Source: Candidatus Poribacteria bacterium | GTDB taxonomy: Bacteria > Poribacteria > WGA-4E > PCPOR2b | Assembly (NCBI GenBank): GCA_965116925.1 | Contig: OZ220744.1 | Coordinates: forward strand, 5,760,001-5,824,000 | Length of the DNA stretch: 64,000 bases | Direction of reading: 5' to 3' | Position numbers and translations under genes: made by a program | The notes under the pieces: model-generated | What the model was told of the DNA's origin: nothing | Database searches by the model: none | The model's input: only the letters and a program-made list of their open reading frames with translations | Part shown: positions 42,801 through 50,736 of the stretch, in pieces | Layout: the number at the start of each line of letters is the position of its first letter | Numbering within the stretch: the first letter of the stretch is position 1

Positions 42801-43198
42801 ATCTCCGCCTTATTCGGATTAGGCAGGATGTGCATCTGCGCCTGTGTAACTCCGTGCGCGGAGAGGACTGCCTCCATCAGTTTCAAGTCATTTGGCGGAG
42901 CATCAAGCTGCAAATTAGGATTTTCATAGTCCCAGACCCCCACAAGGATAGCGTGTTGTTCAGCGTAGACAAACTGTGAAAATATCACAAAGAGACTACA
43001 GATCGGAAGCACCCAGCCAACAATAACACTTACCACAGAGACGCAGAGATTTGCAGAGATTTTTTTATTTTTTCTCTCTGTGTTTTCTATGTCTCTGCGG
43101 TGAGAAATTTCCCGTTTTCCTGTTTTCTGGTTTTCCGCTCCGTCTCTACGATAATATAGATCCGTGACCATCGTTGACCTTGGACTATTCTGAACCAT
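39866..43198 (-). CDS. Exported tandem caspase-family (C14) protein with Gly-rich beta-repeats and an outer-membrane-type C-terminus
   Basis: FYFSGHG and IIDTCYSG; VYLSGHG and IVDACR; G.Q..G..N repeats; ends GFFAGVQF; hydrophobic leader ending VYA. Confidence 0.85.
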   Translation of the reverse strand: MVQNSPRSTMVTDLYYRRDGAENQKTGKREISHRRDIENTERKNKKISANLCVSVVSVIVGWVLPICSLFVIFSQFVYAEQHAILVGVWDYENPNLQLDAPPNDLKLMEAVLSAHGVTQAQMHILPNPNKAEIQRKFRELNRRLTPSDSLLFYFSGHGTQIIDKLGTFPGDEAKGRYPDRNDEALLPVDADLASPRTYLLDDELNTLLQELPTQQVVCIIDTCYSGDILREIRLGRPKGTPVTDTPTGVVQPTQIVSHTEDILDESADFALLLAAAAYNQVVHELRIPIGETYLPVSAMTYSLYRRVFSHAVPSSPMNRDLQNPANQTIEAQWRDKLTYRQLVQHLQNDHKQWNLAWQPVLEGPENRFDEVFLSTDLIPQQNETLTLTTIKGQSIAVSRRALALAGGGTFQLGAASGVNMRRWAVVIGVDTYPSPFQSLKYAADDAKAVAQVFQDAGVNVTLMTPDSLIQPTKANVIEQLQRHAQLEAVDLLTVYLSGHGEDVDGTGYFLPMDVTDPLSDSGLSLENLFAILNRANAKHRFVIVDACRVAPKEQFVVALSRYSEESNIIFTACDSNQWAPEVPRLKHGLFTYFLLKGLRGSDRDRGAAGPDGTVTVLGLLDYVTRGIEDWYSHLSEDTRYPQQITPRVFYNGKYISLLNNQGIDPEVINNEGLLSQITNTLRHQLSDNLELLSPLKRNDGVTPPIPKGGDLHLPLTISLIPWISTVGFQDPNRNITTNLSLNIIAGYHTNLDGLELGGMLNIKGVEARGAQFAGVGNIVGGELDGFQIAGGLNAVGRNVEGFQISGGLNASGGDLNGFQAAAGINAAGGSVRGFQAAGGGNFAARNLQGLQITPGLNLVGGNVLGRSLQAAAGVNIAGNLEGTQLSAAANIALGWDQKANMPYAGTQIGVANIALGGIGTQIGLLNIAGHVSTAQVGLLNVSGRMSGIPLGLISFVKDNPLHLQLWGSDTEVANLGIRIGSRHVYSLLMVGSYPHGDLGRWSSGFGVGGHIPLSRRFFLNVDFITRQVGYTDESEEDTWWYDEHTVLNKLRLGFGWEQHKWFSLFGGVSLNFIVSDRQDTSDFGYGFDRVYQGDDTTVRIWPGFFAGVQF

Positions 43199-43856
43199 TC
43201 TGCGTTCCTTTCGTAAAATTCTCTAGCAGCTCTGAAAAACGCTGTCGTTTAAGCGATAATTTCTCCGTCATGGCATCACGTTCAGTCGCGGGAAGTTCCC
43301 CCAACTTGAGTCGGGATTGGTACAATTCGACCAGTTTGGTGTGCATCGCGAGATCATCGGGATGCATCTTCAAGAACGTTTCAACCGCTTCAATTGAGGC
43401 GGCGAGTTGTGCTGCATCCGTTGGTTTAGGAACAATGAGAAACTCCAACATCCCCTCCGCTGAGAGGGGTGGAGCGATTCGCCCTGTATTTTTATTACCT
43501 TTTTGTGGACCCCATTCCAGCGACGGGGTGAGCGGTGAAAAAATCGATACAACGAATAACAACAGCCCAACCACACCGATAGCAGACGGCACCCACACTG
43601 GCACCGGCGTTTTCAGCTTATCACGTATTTCGATCCAGACGGAACGGCGTCGAACCGACGGAAATGGCGGTGCCTCGATCGAAATAGACCCCTCTCGGAC
43701 AGCTTCACCAAAATCTTCTAGCGATTTCTTTGTCTCCTGCAAGATCCTATATTCCCGCTCACATCCCTCGCAGCCGAGAAGATGGTCTCGAATCTGTGGG
43801 GACAACTCTTTGTCAATGGAGTGGAGCAGCTTTTCCTGTACTTGATTACATTTCAT
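43185..43856 (-). CDS. Zinc-finger (zf-HC2/ZAS) transmembrane anti-sigma factor
   Basis: MKC...HLLGCEGC (HxxxCxxC), one TM helix, helical C-terminus; SD AAGGAGG; in the same cluster as an ECF sigma. Confidence 0.8.
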   Translation of the reverse strand: MKCNQVQEKLLHSIDKELSPQIRDHLLGCEGCEREYRILQETKKSLEDFGEAVREGSISIEAPPFPSVRRRSVWIEIRDKLKTPVPVWVPSAIGVVGLLLFVVSIFSPLTPSLEWGPQKGNKNTGRIAPPLSAEGMLEFLIVPKPTDAAQLAASIEAVETFLKMHPDDLAMHTKLVELYQSRLKLGELPATERDAMTEKLSLKRQRFSELLENFTKGTQNGSE

Positions 43857-43875
43857 TTTTGTTCAACCTCCTTAG

Positions 43876-43942
43876 GCGTGAAACGTGATGCGTGAAACGT
43901 GAAAAAAGACAGATACTTCCTCACGTTTTATGTTTCACGTTT
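43876..43942. repeat. CGTGA(A/T) heptamer repeats with inverted arm
   Basis: GCGTGAAACGTGATGCGTGAAACGTGAAAA...TCACGTTTTATGTTTCACGTT; same motif near 34197-34220. Confidence 0.6.
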
Positions 43943-44050
43943 TATTTGCTTGTTTCTTCGATCATCACTCCTCAATGAACTGTTGAACTCAATTTTCTCA
44001 TCAACTTGCACTAAAGGTTATTATGTGGAATGGTTTTCAACCCGGCCTCT

Positions 44051-46549
44051 TCAAAATTCAACTGTCAGGCCAAAATAGGGGATACGCGGGAATTGCTGTG
44101 CCTCAAAGATTTCAGGCTCTTCGATTTCGACCTCTTCACCTTGGACTTCAAGCGGCTCATCTGGGGTAAAGACGAATTTCACGGTATTTTTCCGGTTGTA
44201 AACGTTCAGAATATCAAGGAACCCACCTACCCGTAAGCCCATAAAGTCGAATTTGTAGCTCACCCGGAGATCCAGCTTGTGGTAAGGGGTCAGTTCGGCA
44301 GTGACAGATTCATCAACATCCGCCAAAAGTGGGTTCAATCCACGGGTCATTGGGTCTTGGATGAGAACGACAGAGCTGATCGGCACTTCGGATGTTCCGT
44401 TCAAATACTGCCACTTCGCACCAATCTCAAACTTAGGTGTGAAGCTATAATTGGCGACAACGCTAACAATATTTGTGTTATCAAAGAAATAAGGATGATA
44501 GGAGCTCTCAGGATTCTCGCGCCGTTCAGCGTGTGTGTAGGCGTACGAAATCCAACCGAAGAATTTATCTGGCACGCGGTGTCGCAGGAACGCCTCTGCC
44601 CCGCTAACATACGCAGTCCCCTGATTAAGATAATTCGCTATCTCATCCGCTGTGACTAACTTCTCCATATCTTTGTAATAGGTAGCAAACTTGAATTCTG
44701 TTCGAGCTGAAAGTTCGTGTTCCAGTTCCATGATATAGTGCCGTGCGAGGCTCGATTCCAACGCAGAATTCCCGTTCTCCGATAGTATCTGATGCGGTTG
44801 TGGACTCTGTTCATAATGTCCATACGCGAACCGGAGATTGGAACCGCTCGGCAGAGCAAAACTTAAACTGCCCCTCGGTTGAATGGAAAGCTGTCTCGTC
44901 ACATCCAGATAATCCAACCGAACTCCTAGCGCGCCAGATAGAGAGGGTAACGGGTCATACCGCCCCTGTAGGTAGCCCTCAGCGCGAAAGAAATCGTGTC
45001 CGAATTCGTAGTGGCTTTCTTCGATATCAACCAACTCCTCTCCCTGTTCATACACAATAGTTTCTCCTACTGTCTCTCCATCTTCATCAACGATTGGAGT
45101 AACCGTTTCTACAGGCTCCTCACTCTCTTCATATTGTGGAATCCTGCTGTCCTCAAAGCTGTTGGCAGGCGTGAAGGAGAAGAGGAATCCCGTTTCCAAT
45201 GCAGCAGGCGTATCTTCACTACCAATATCGTCAGGACGCAAATTTAATCTGTAGGATAGGTCTTCCCTAAGCGTATAGACCGGAACTTTAATGTTTATGT
45301 CGTAGTGCCCGTAGTCTACTTCAGAAGACACAAGTTCTCCAGCCGAATCAAATTCATACGATTCCATAAAGGGTGCCTCAAAGTCGATAGTAAGGAAATT
45401 AAACGAACGGGTAAGCGAGAGGTGCGAGGTGAGATTTTCAGTGAAATCTGAACGGAGATGGATGCCTTGTGCATTAAACCCATTTTTGAAAAAAGCAGAG
45501 GCGCGCCCACCTTCAAATGTCTGCGTTTCTTCTTCCTGACCGCTCTCCACTTGCGTAACCTCTACAGATGTCGCCTCCTCAACGTGGAAATGGTCGGTTG
45601 CAGCAAAGCTGTTGAGCGTCAGATGATGTTTTTCACCAAAGGGGTAGGCGAATTTGAGTTGGTAATCAGAAAAGTAGGGAAACTGCTGTCCATCAATGAA
45701 CCGTCCAACAATGAGATCGATGTAGCTTCGTCGTCCGGCAATAGACACGTATCCCTCATCCCCAATTCTGCGTTCAAGCATCCCCTCAGAATAGAGGATA
45801 TTCAGGTTAAATTTACCGCTCATCTGTTCCTCTAGGTTATCCCGCGAGTGGATGTCCAACACCGCTTGGGAATCTAGTCCGAATTCCGCACCGTATCCGC
45901 CGGCATAGATGTCAATTTTATCAATGACTTCTGAACTGACGGTCGAGAGGAGACCACCCCAGTGAAACGGATATCCGAGCGGTGTCCGGTCGAAATAGTA
46001 GATGTTAGATCCTGGCTCACTTCCACGAATATAAAGAATGCCAAAGTAATCATTGGGGACACCGATGCTCGGCAGCGTCGTCAACCCTTTGAGAGCATCG
46101 TTACCGACGCCGGGGATGCGTATCAGTTCACTCCCGCGGATGTCTTTTCGACTAACTGTTGGCGGTAGACGTTCCCCTTCAACAATAACTTCTTCTAGCA
46201 TGAGTACCTCCCCAAGGTAAAGCGTTACTTGGATGGTATGACCTGCGGTTACCGCTATATCGGTTTCTGTAGGGGTACTGTACATTTCGTGAGTTATTGA
46301 CACGGTGTAGGTGCCTGGAGCAAATTTTATAAACCAGAACTTCCCTTCCGTATCGGTTGTTTGACGTTCATCAGTTCCAAGGATATGGACCTCTGCACCG
46401 ACCACCGGTGCGTTGGTACTTCCATCATAAACGGTGCCTTCAATCGTCCCGGTTTGGGATAGTGCTGCGAGCGGGAGTAAGAGAATTAACAACAAAGCGA
46501 TGAAGAACAGATACAAACTCGCCTTCCATATCAATAAGAGGTGTTTCAC
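44051..46549 (-). CDS. TonB-dependent receptor with N-terminal carboxypeptidase-regulatory-like domain
   Basis: Signal peptide, GTIEGTVYD domain, plug YIRG...GGYGAEFG, LDILNVYNRKN, terminal Phe. GTG at 46549; an in-frame TTG lies at 46552. Confidence 0.92.
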   Translation of the reverse strand: MKHLLLIWKASLYLFFIALLLILLLPLAALSQTGTIEGTVYDGSTNAPVVGAEVHILGTDERQTTDTEGKFWFIKFAPGTYTVSITHEMYSTPTETDIAVTAGHTIQVTLYLGEVLMLEEVIVEGERLPPTVSRKDIRGSELIRIPGVGNDALKGLTTLPSIGVPNDYFGILYIRGSEPGSNIYYFDRTPLGYPFHWGGLLSTVSSEVIDKIDIYAGGYGAEFGLDSQAVLDIHSRDNLEEQMSGKFNLNILYSEGMLERRIGDEGYVSIAGRRSYIDLIVGRFIDGQQFPYFSDYQLKFAYPFGEKHHLTLNSFAATDHFHVEEATSVEVTQVESGQEEETQTFEGGRASAFFKNGFNAQGIHLRSDFTENLTSHLSLTRSFNFLTIDFEAPFMESYEFDSAGELVSSEVDYGHYDINIKVPVYTLREDLSYRLNLRPDDIGSEDTPAALETGFLFSFTPANSFEDSRIPQYEESEEPVETVTPIVDEDGETVGETIVYEQGEELVDIEESHYEFGHDFFRAEGYLQGRYDPLPSLSGALGVRLDYLDVTRQLSIQPRGSLSFALPSGSNLRFAYGHYEQSPQPHQILSENGNSALESSLARHYIMELEHELSARTEFKFATYYKDMEKLVTADEIANYLNQGTAYVSGAEAFLRHRVPDKFFGWISYAYTHAERRENPESSYHPYFFDNTNIVSVVANYSFTPKFEIGAKWQYLNGTSEVPISSVVLIQDPMTRGLNPLLADVDESVTAELTPYHKLDLRVSYKFDFMGLRVGGFLDILNVYNRKNTVKFVFTPDEPLEVQGEEVEIEEPEIFEAQQFPRIPYFGLTVEF

Positions 46550-46975
46550 CAAATCTTCGTAGTGGAAGCCTCACCCTTTAGGGCGAGGCTTCCACTGCGC
46601 TCCCTTTTTGTTGTTTTTGTAATCCACCCTACACTTTTCAGATAGATTTGTGATAGAATATAGTCCGTAACTCAATGACTTAGGAAAAACGCTCGTTTTT
46701 CGCTGCCCTCTCGCTTCGATGCGAAAGGCGTAGTTTGTCTGAGGTTTCGCCCGGAAGGTGAAGCCGTGATAGCACCGCTACACGGTGAATCCTTCTAAAC
46801 AGTTGCTGCAACTGTCCGGTGGCGGGTGTGTAAAGTTACGAGCCAGAGCCGAGAAACCGCGCTATCTCTTAGGACTTTTATAGCACCAAGATAGCGTCGC
46901 GGGTAAGATAATTGCCCAAGCGTAAGTCCCGTTGGACAGGCGACAAGCCCTGTCCTTCAGGGCGGGGTAGCTGAC
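46550..46975 (+). mobile_element. Non-autonomous IS200/IS605-family element
   Basis: Left hairpin 46558-46599 and right hairpin 46948-46967 share CCTT(T/C)AGGGCG. GAAG at +16..+19 matches target TCAC, and CAAG matches terminal TGAC, under the IS608 guide rule. No transposase ORF. Confidence 0.82.
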
Positions 46976-47153
46976 TACTGTTTTATCCCTTATAATCCTG
47001 ATAAGATTAGAATTTCGCTACGCTCAACCTGTTTAAGAGTTACGCAGTTGACAGAAAGTAGCGCAGATTTCCCAATCTGCGATCGGATCATCCGCCGAAT
47101 TACGCCCGCTCTCAACGTGGTTTCTTCGCAGGAAGGTCGTTCTTGCAGCTTCC

Positions 47154-47504
47154 TTATCTGAATCTGACTGCCACGGTTGTCGTCCACCCGCTCGAGATGT
47201 CAGCTTCATATATGAAATCTTGATGATGTTTAGATACAATCCTAACGTCATAGATGCCAGGTTCAATAGTAAAAGTTACTATAGCACCAGGTAGTAGAAC
47301 ATCGGATTTGAGTTGATCTGCCCCCCAAGAATCGTCTTTGGCAGCAGCGATAAAAATACTCGTGATTGTTACATTTGAATGGTTCTTGACTGTCAAAAAA
47401 CCCTCTTCCTCTTCTTCTGTTACATTTACCTCTACATGACACCCACCAAGAACGATCGAGAATGTGATACAAGAGATGACAAGAAGTAGTGCTTGATGCT
47501 TCAT
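47154..47504 (-). CDS. Small putative lipoprotein
   Basis: Leader ending LGGC; beta-rich domain with SWGADQL and PGIYDVR. Confidence 0.75.
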   Translation of the reverse strand: MKHQALLLVISCITFSIVLGGCHVEVNVTEEEEEGFLTVKNHSNVTITSIFIAAAKDDSWGADQLKSDVLLPGAIVTFTIEPGIYDVRIVSKHHQDFIYEADISSGWTTTVAVRFR

Positions 47505-47524
47505 AGTTTCCTTTCCTCTTAGTA

Positions 47525-48064
47525 TTAACTCTCGGCAAAATAGGATGCCAAGCGTGTCGCGAGTTGTTCTCTCGCGTGATATAGACGGCTTTTAACCGTT
47601 CCTTTCCTAATGCCGAGCTTCCCTGCGATTTCCTTCACCGAAAGTTCCTCAATGTAAAATAACCAAATCACCTGTTGGTGAATCAAGGGCAGTTCCGAGA
47701 TTGCGTCCCGAACAATTGCCATTCTCTCTTGAAACAGGAGATCCGTCTCTGGCGCAGGTGAATCTGATGGTATCCTCTCAGTCCCAAAATCTTCATCGTC
47801 CAGACTGCCAAGTGTGCGTCTAGCAGCCGTTCCTTCACGACGGGACCAGTTCCGAACCACATTTTTCGCAATCTGATGGAGCCACCCCAGAAACGCTGTC
47901 TCGGATTCGTCCGCTATCTGCTCGCGATTTTGATGCGCGATCAGGGCGACTTCGTTGCTGATATCTCGACGGTCTTCGGGTTGGCTGTGTTTATAGTAGA
48001 CACGACAGAGCTCATCAACGAATTGCATAATCTGAGGGTGATACTCTCCAATATCCCTTGCCAC
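47525..48064 (-). CDS. ECF sigma-70 factor
   Basis: FLGWLHQIAKN (region 2); LSVKEIAGKLGIRKGTVKSRLYHAR (region 4); SD AGGAGG. Confidence 0.93.
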   Translation of the reverse strand: MARDIGEYHPQIMQFVDELCRVYYKHSQPEDRRDISNEVALIAHQNREQIADESETAFLGWLHQIAKNVVRNWSRREGTAARRTLGSLDDEDFGTERIPSDSPAPETDLLFQERMAIVRDAISELPLIHQQVIWLFYIEELSVKEIAGKLGIRKGTVKSRLYHAREQLATRLASYFAES

Positions 48065-48305
48065 AATGTCCTCCTACCCCTTTTAGTGTTGGGCGGACTA
48101 AAATGGTTCACTATGCATCTGCTTTTCTTCTGAAGTTTTTCGTGGCTTACTACCCGAATTTGTGATAACATCTCAAGAAATATATCAGATGGGTGGAAGA
48201 TTGGAAGCATGGAAGATTGGGGATGAACTCTAGCCTTCCATTTTCCCACCTTTCCGCCTTTGGTGACATTATAAATCATCACAAGGTAAAGGGGAAGAAA
48301 AGCGA

Positions 48306-49202
48306 ATGGGAATAAACATACAAGATAGAATCATCGACGCACATATCCACGTCTGGACAGACGACTTTGAAAATTATCCACTAGCACCCGGTTTCGACCC
48401 AAGCGACCTGTGGCTGCCCTCCTTTACTCCAGCGCAGTATTCCGAGTACAGTCATTCAGTCGGCAAAGTCCGGATAAACCTTGTCCAGATGACGTGGTAC
48501 GGTCTAGATCACAGTTACATCATAGACCTGATCGCCAACGCTCCGGACACCTTTGTGGGAACAGGCATCGTGCCAGCGGTAACGGATGTGTCGCTCGCTA
48601 GTCCGGATAAAACGATGATCGCGCTATCCCGTCGGGGTATCTACGCCTTCCGTGTCCGTGGCGGCAAAAGCGCGCGTATGCCGATAGGTGATGTTACACG
48701 GTGGCTCGATTATCCGGGGTATGAGGGGATGTTTGCAGCGGGAGCAGCGCACAACCTCGCCTTGAGTTTCCTGATGGGGCTCGACGATTTGCCGGACTTA
48801 GATCGGATGTGCACCCATTTCCCCGAAACCCCTGTGATTTTGGATCATATCTGTGGGGTGAGGATACGAGATGGCGTTTTCCCTGAAGAAGACCTCAAAA
48901 CACTCTGCGATATGGCAAGGCATAAGCGCGTAATGGTCAAACTGGGTCCTTTTCAGGCGTTGGGAGATGGGCAGGCTCCGTATCTGGATCTTTTGCCGCT
49001 GATTCGACGGGTGGTGGACGCCTTTGGACCAGAGCGGTGTATGTGGGAAAGCGATAGCGGAGGGCCCGTGGTAATGAACGATCCGCATACCGATTTTCCT
49101 GCGGCTATCGCACTTATCAATGACCACGCTGATTTCCTAAGCGATTCGGACAAGGAACAGATCCTTTTCAAGACAGCGGAAGATTTTTTCTTCAACCGTT
49201 AA
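48306..49202 (+). CDS. Amidohydrolase_2 family protein (lactonase-like)
   Basis: IIDAHIHVW, VILDH, FGPERCMWESD. Confidence 0.88.
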   Translation: MGINIQDRIIDAHIHVWTDDFENYPLAPGFDPSDLWLPSFTPAQYSEYSHSVGKVRINLVQMTWYGLDHSYIIDLIANAPDTFVGTGIVPAVTDVSLASPDKTMIALSRRGIYAFRVRGGKSARMPIGDVTRWLDYPGYEGMFAAGAAHNLALSFLMGLDDLPDLDRMCTHFPETPVILDHICGVRIRDGVFPEEDLKTLCDMARHKRVMVKLGPFQALGDGQAPYLDLLPLIRRVVDAFGPERCMWESDSGGPVVMNDPHTDFPAAIALINDHADFLSDSDKEQILFKTAEDFFFNR

Positions 49203-49284
49203 GATAGATTAGAAAGAAAAACTTTCCCAAATTTCCCGCCGGTTGAGGTTCGACGCAGCCAGCGTTTTTTTGCTATAATCTGTT

Positions 49285-49416
49285 GGCTCATGTAAAAAGA
49301 AAGTGCAAAACACGAAGCGAAATCGTAGGGGCGGGGTCTCCCCGCCCGCCGTAAGGGTTGGGGGACCCAACCCCTACGAATATTCGGCTTCTTTGCACTA
49401 AATCTTAACATGAGCG
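49285..49416. mobile_element. IS1595-like MITE with 8-bp target duplication
   Basis: GGCTCATGT...ACATGAGCG flanked by AATCTGTT at 49277-49284 and 49417-49424; internal GTAG REP. Confidence 0.8.
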
Positions 49417-49469
49417 AATCTGTTTTAACCATTACACAAGTGCATAAAATCCAATAGGAGGATACTATC

Positions 49470-50723
49470 ATGAAAATCACCGATATTGAACTCACTTACT
49501 TGGACGTTCCCTTCACATCACACACAAACGAGCACATGCAGTATTGGCTGCCACATTGGCACATTGTCCAGATCTGCAAACTCACCCTCGACAACGGTGT
49601 GGTCGGTTGGGGTGAAACGATTCCCAACTACACTTGGGCAGGAGTTCCCGATGATATCGCAGAGCGGATTGTGGGGCGCGAGGCTGGCGATCTGTTGTGG
49701 GAGGACGGTTTGGGTGCTGGTGTCCAAATCGCGCTCTTCGACGCAGTAGGCAAATCATTGAACACACCTGCTTATCGGCTTCTAGGAACGAAGCTCCGAG
49801 AGTGGTGTCCGCTCTCTTGGTGGGCGATGGATATGCCGCCGAAGGATTGGGCGCGACAATGTGCTGATGCGGTTGAACAGGGGTATATGTCCTCCAAACT
49901 CAAAGCACGGACATGGTACGACCTGCACGCAGCCATCCAAGCCATTATCGAAGATGTCCCCTCGCAGTTCAAGCTGGATCTGGACTTCAATTCAACCTTG
50001 GCGAATGCAGCCAATGCCGTCGAGTTTCTCAAAACCCTCGAACAGTATGAACAGGTCGCCATGATCGAAAGTCCGATTCCGCAGGACGATGTCGCCGGGA
50101 ATAAACAGATCCGCCAACGCATTAACCGACCTGTGGCAATGCACTACGGCTCCCCGCCCATCCTGACGACGCTACTGGAAGATGTGGCGGATGGCTTCGT
50201 TATTTGTGCCGGTGCACATCGTCTGTTGAAGCAGGCGACCGTTTGTGAAGAAGCGAACAAACCCTTCTGGTTGCAACTTGTCGGCACCGGCATCACCACG
50301 ACATGGGCTGCCCACCTCGGTGCCGTATGCGCTCAAGCCAAGTGGCCTGCGATCACCTGCATGAACATCTGGGAGAGCCAACTCATCACAGAACCGATCG
50401 AGCTGCGCGGCGGTTTCTACCGTGTCCCGGAAAAGCCGGGTATCGGCGTGGAGGTTGACCAAGAAGCCATGCAAAGATATCAGGTGGATTACTCCTTCGT
50501 AGATACACCCCGTCATGTTTATCGCTATACCCGCGCAAGCGGAGAGACCACCTACTACGGTTGCAACAAGCAGGACCTCCACGCAGTCTATCCGAACGAT
50601 GCCATGCCGACTTGTGAGGCGGGATCTAATCTGGAACCGGTTCCCGACGACGGAAGCGATGGGTTCAAAGAAATCTACGATGCCGTGCAGGATGGCAGTA
50701 CCGTGCGGCGATTAGAGGAATAA
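49470..50723 (+). CDS. Mandelate racemase/muconate lactonizing enzyme family (enolase superfamily)
   Basis: GVVGWGE, ALFDAVGK, KLK, LDFN, IESP, PGIGVEVD. Confidence 0.88.
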   Translation: MKITDIELTYLDVPFTSHTNEHMQYWLPHWHIVQICKLTLDNGVVGWGETIPNYTWAGVPDDIAERIVGREAGDLLWEDGLGAGVQIALFDAVGKSLNTPAYRLLGTKLREWCPLSWWAMDMPPKDWARQCADAVEQGYMSSKLKARTWYDLHAAIQAIIEDVPSQFKLDLDFNSTLANAANAVEFLKTLEQYEQVAMIESPIPQDDVAGNKQIRQRINRPVAMHYGSPPILTTLLEDVADGFVICAGAHRLLKQATVCEEANKPFWLQLVGTGITTTWAAHLGAVCAQAKWPAITCMNIWESQLITEPIELRGGFYRVPEKPGIGVEVDQEAMQRYQVDYSFVDTPRHVYRYTRASGETTYYGCNKQDLHAVYPNDAMPTCEAGSNLEPVPDDGSDGFKEIYDAVQDGSTVRRLEE

Positions 50724-50736
50724 AGGAACCTAAACT

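Noticed and set aside
43174..43845. 223-aa plus-strand ORF, and other long antisense ORFs such as 26955-27719 and 58768-59499
   Set aside because: These are shadow frames of well-supported genes with no recognisable motifs.
46550..46975. IscB/HEARO omegaRNA on the minus strand (begins GTCAGCTACCCCGCCCTGAAGG)
   Set aside because: The downstream HEARO-like motifs I would expect (GTTGACCAG, CTACGTT) and an iscB ORF are absent; the match is explained by the shared IS200/IS605 end.
46550..48064. RNA-guided dCas12f/sigma-E-type activation locus
   Set aside because: An ECF sigma, an omegaRNA-like sequence and a TonB receptor are adjacent, but no Cas12f/TnpB-like ORF is present.
49199..49495. 98-aa minus-strand ORF
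   Set aside because: It is mostly a translation of the MITE/REP element.
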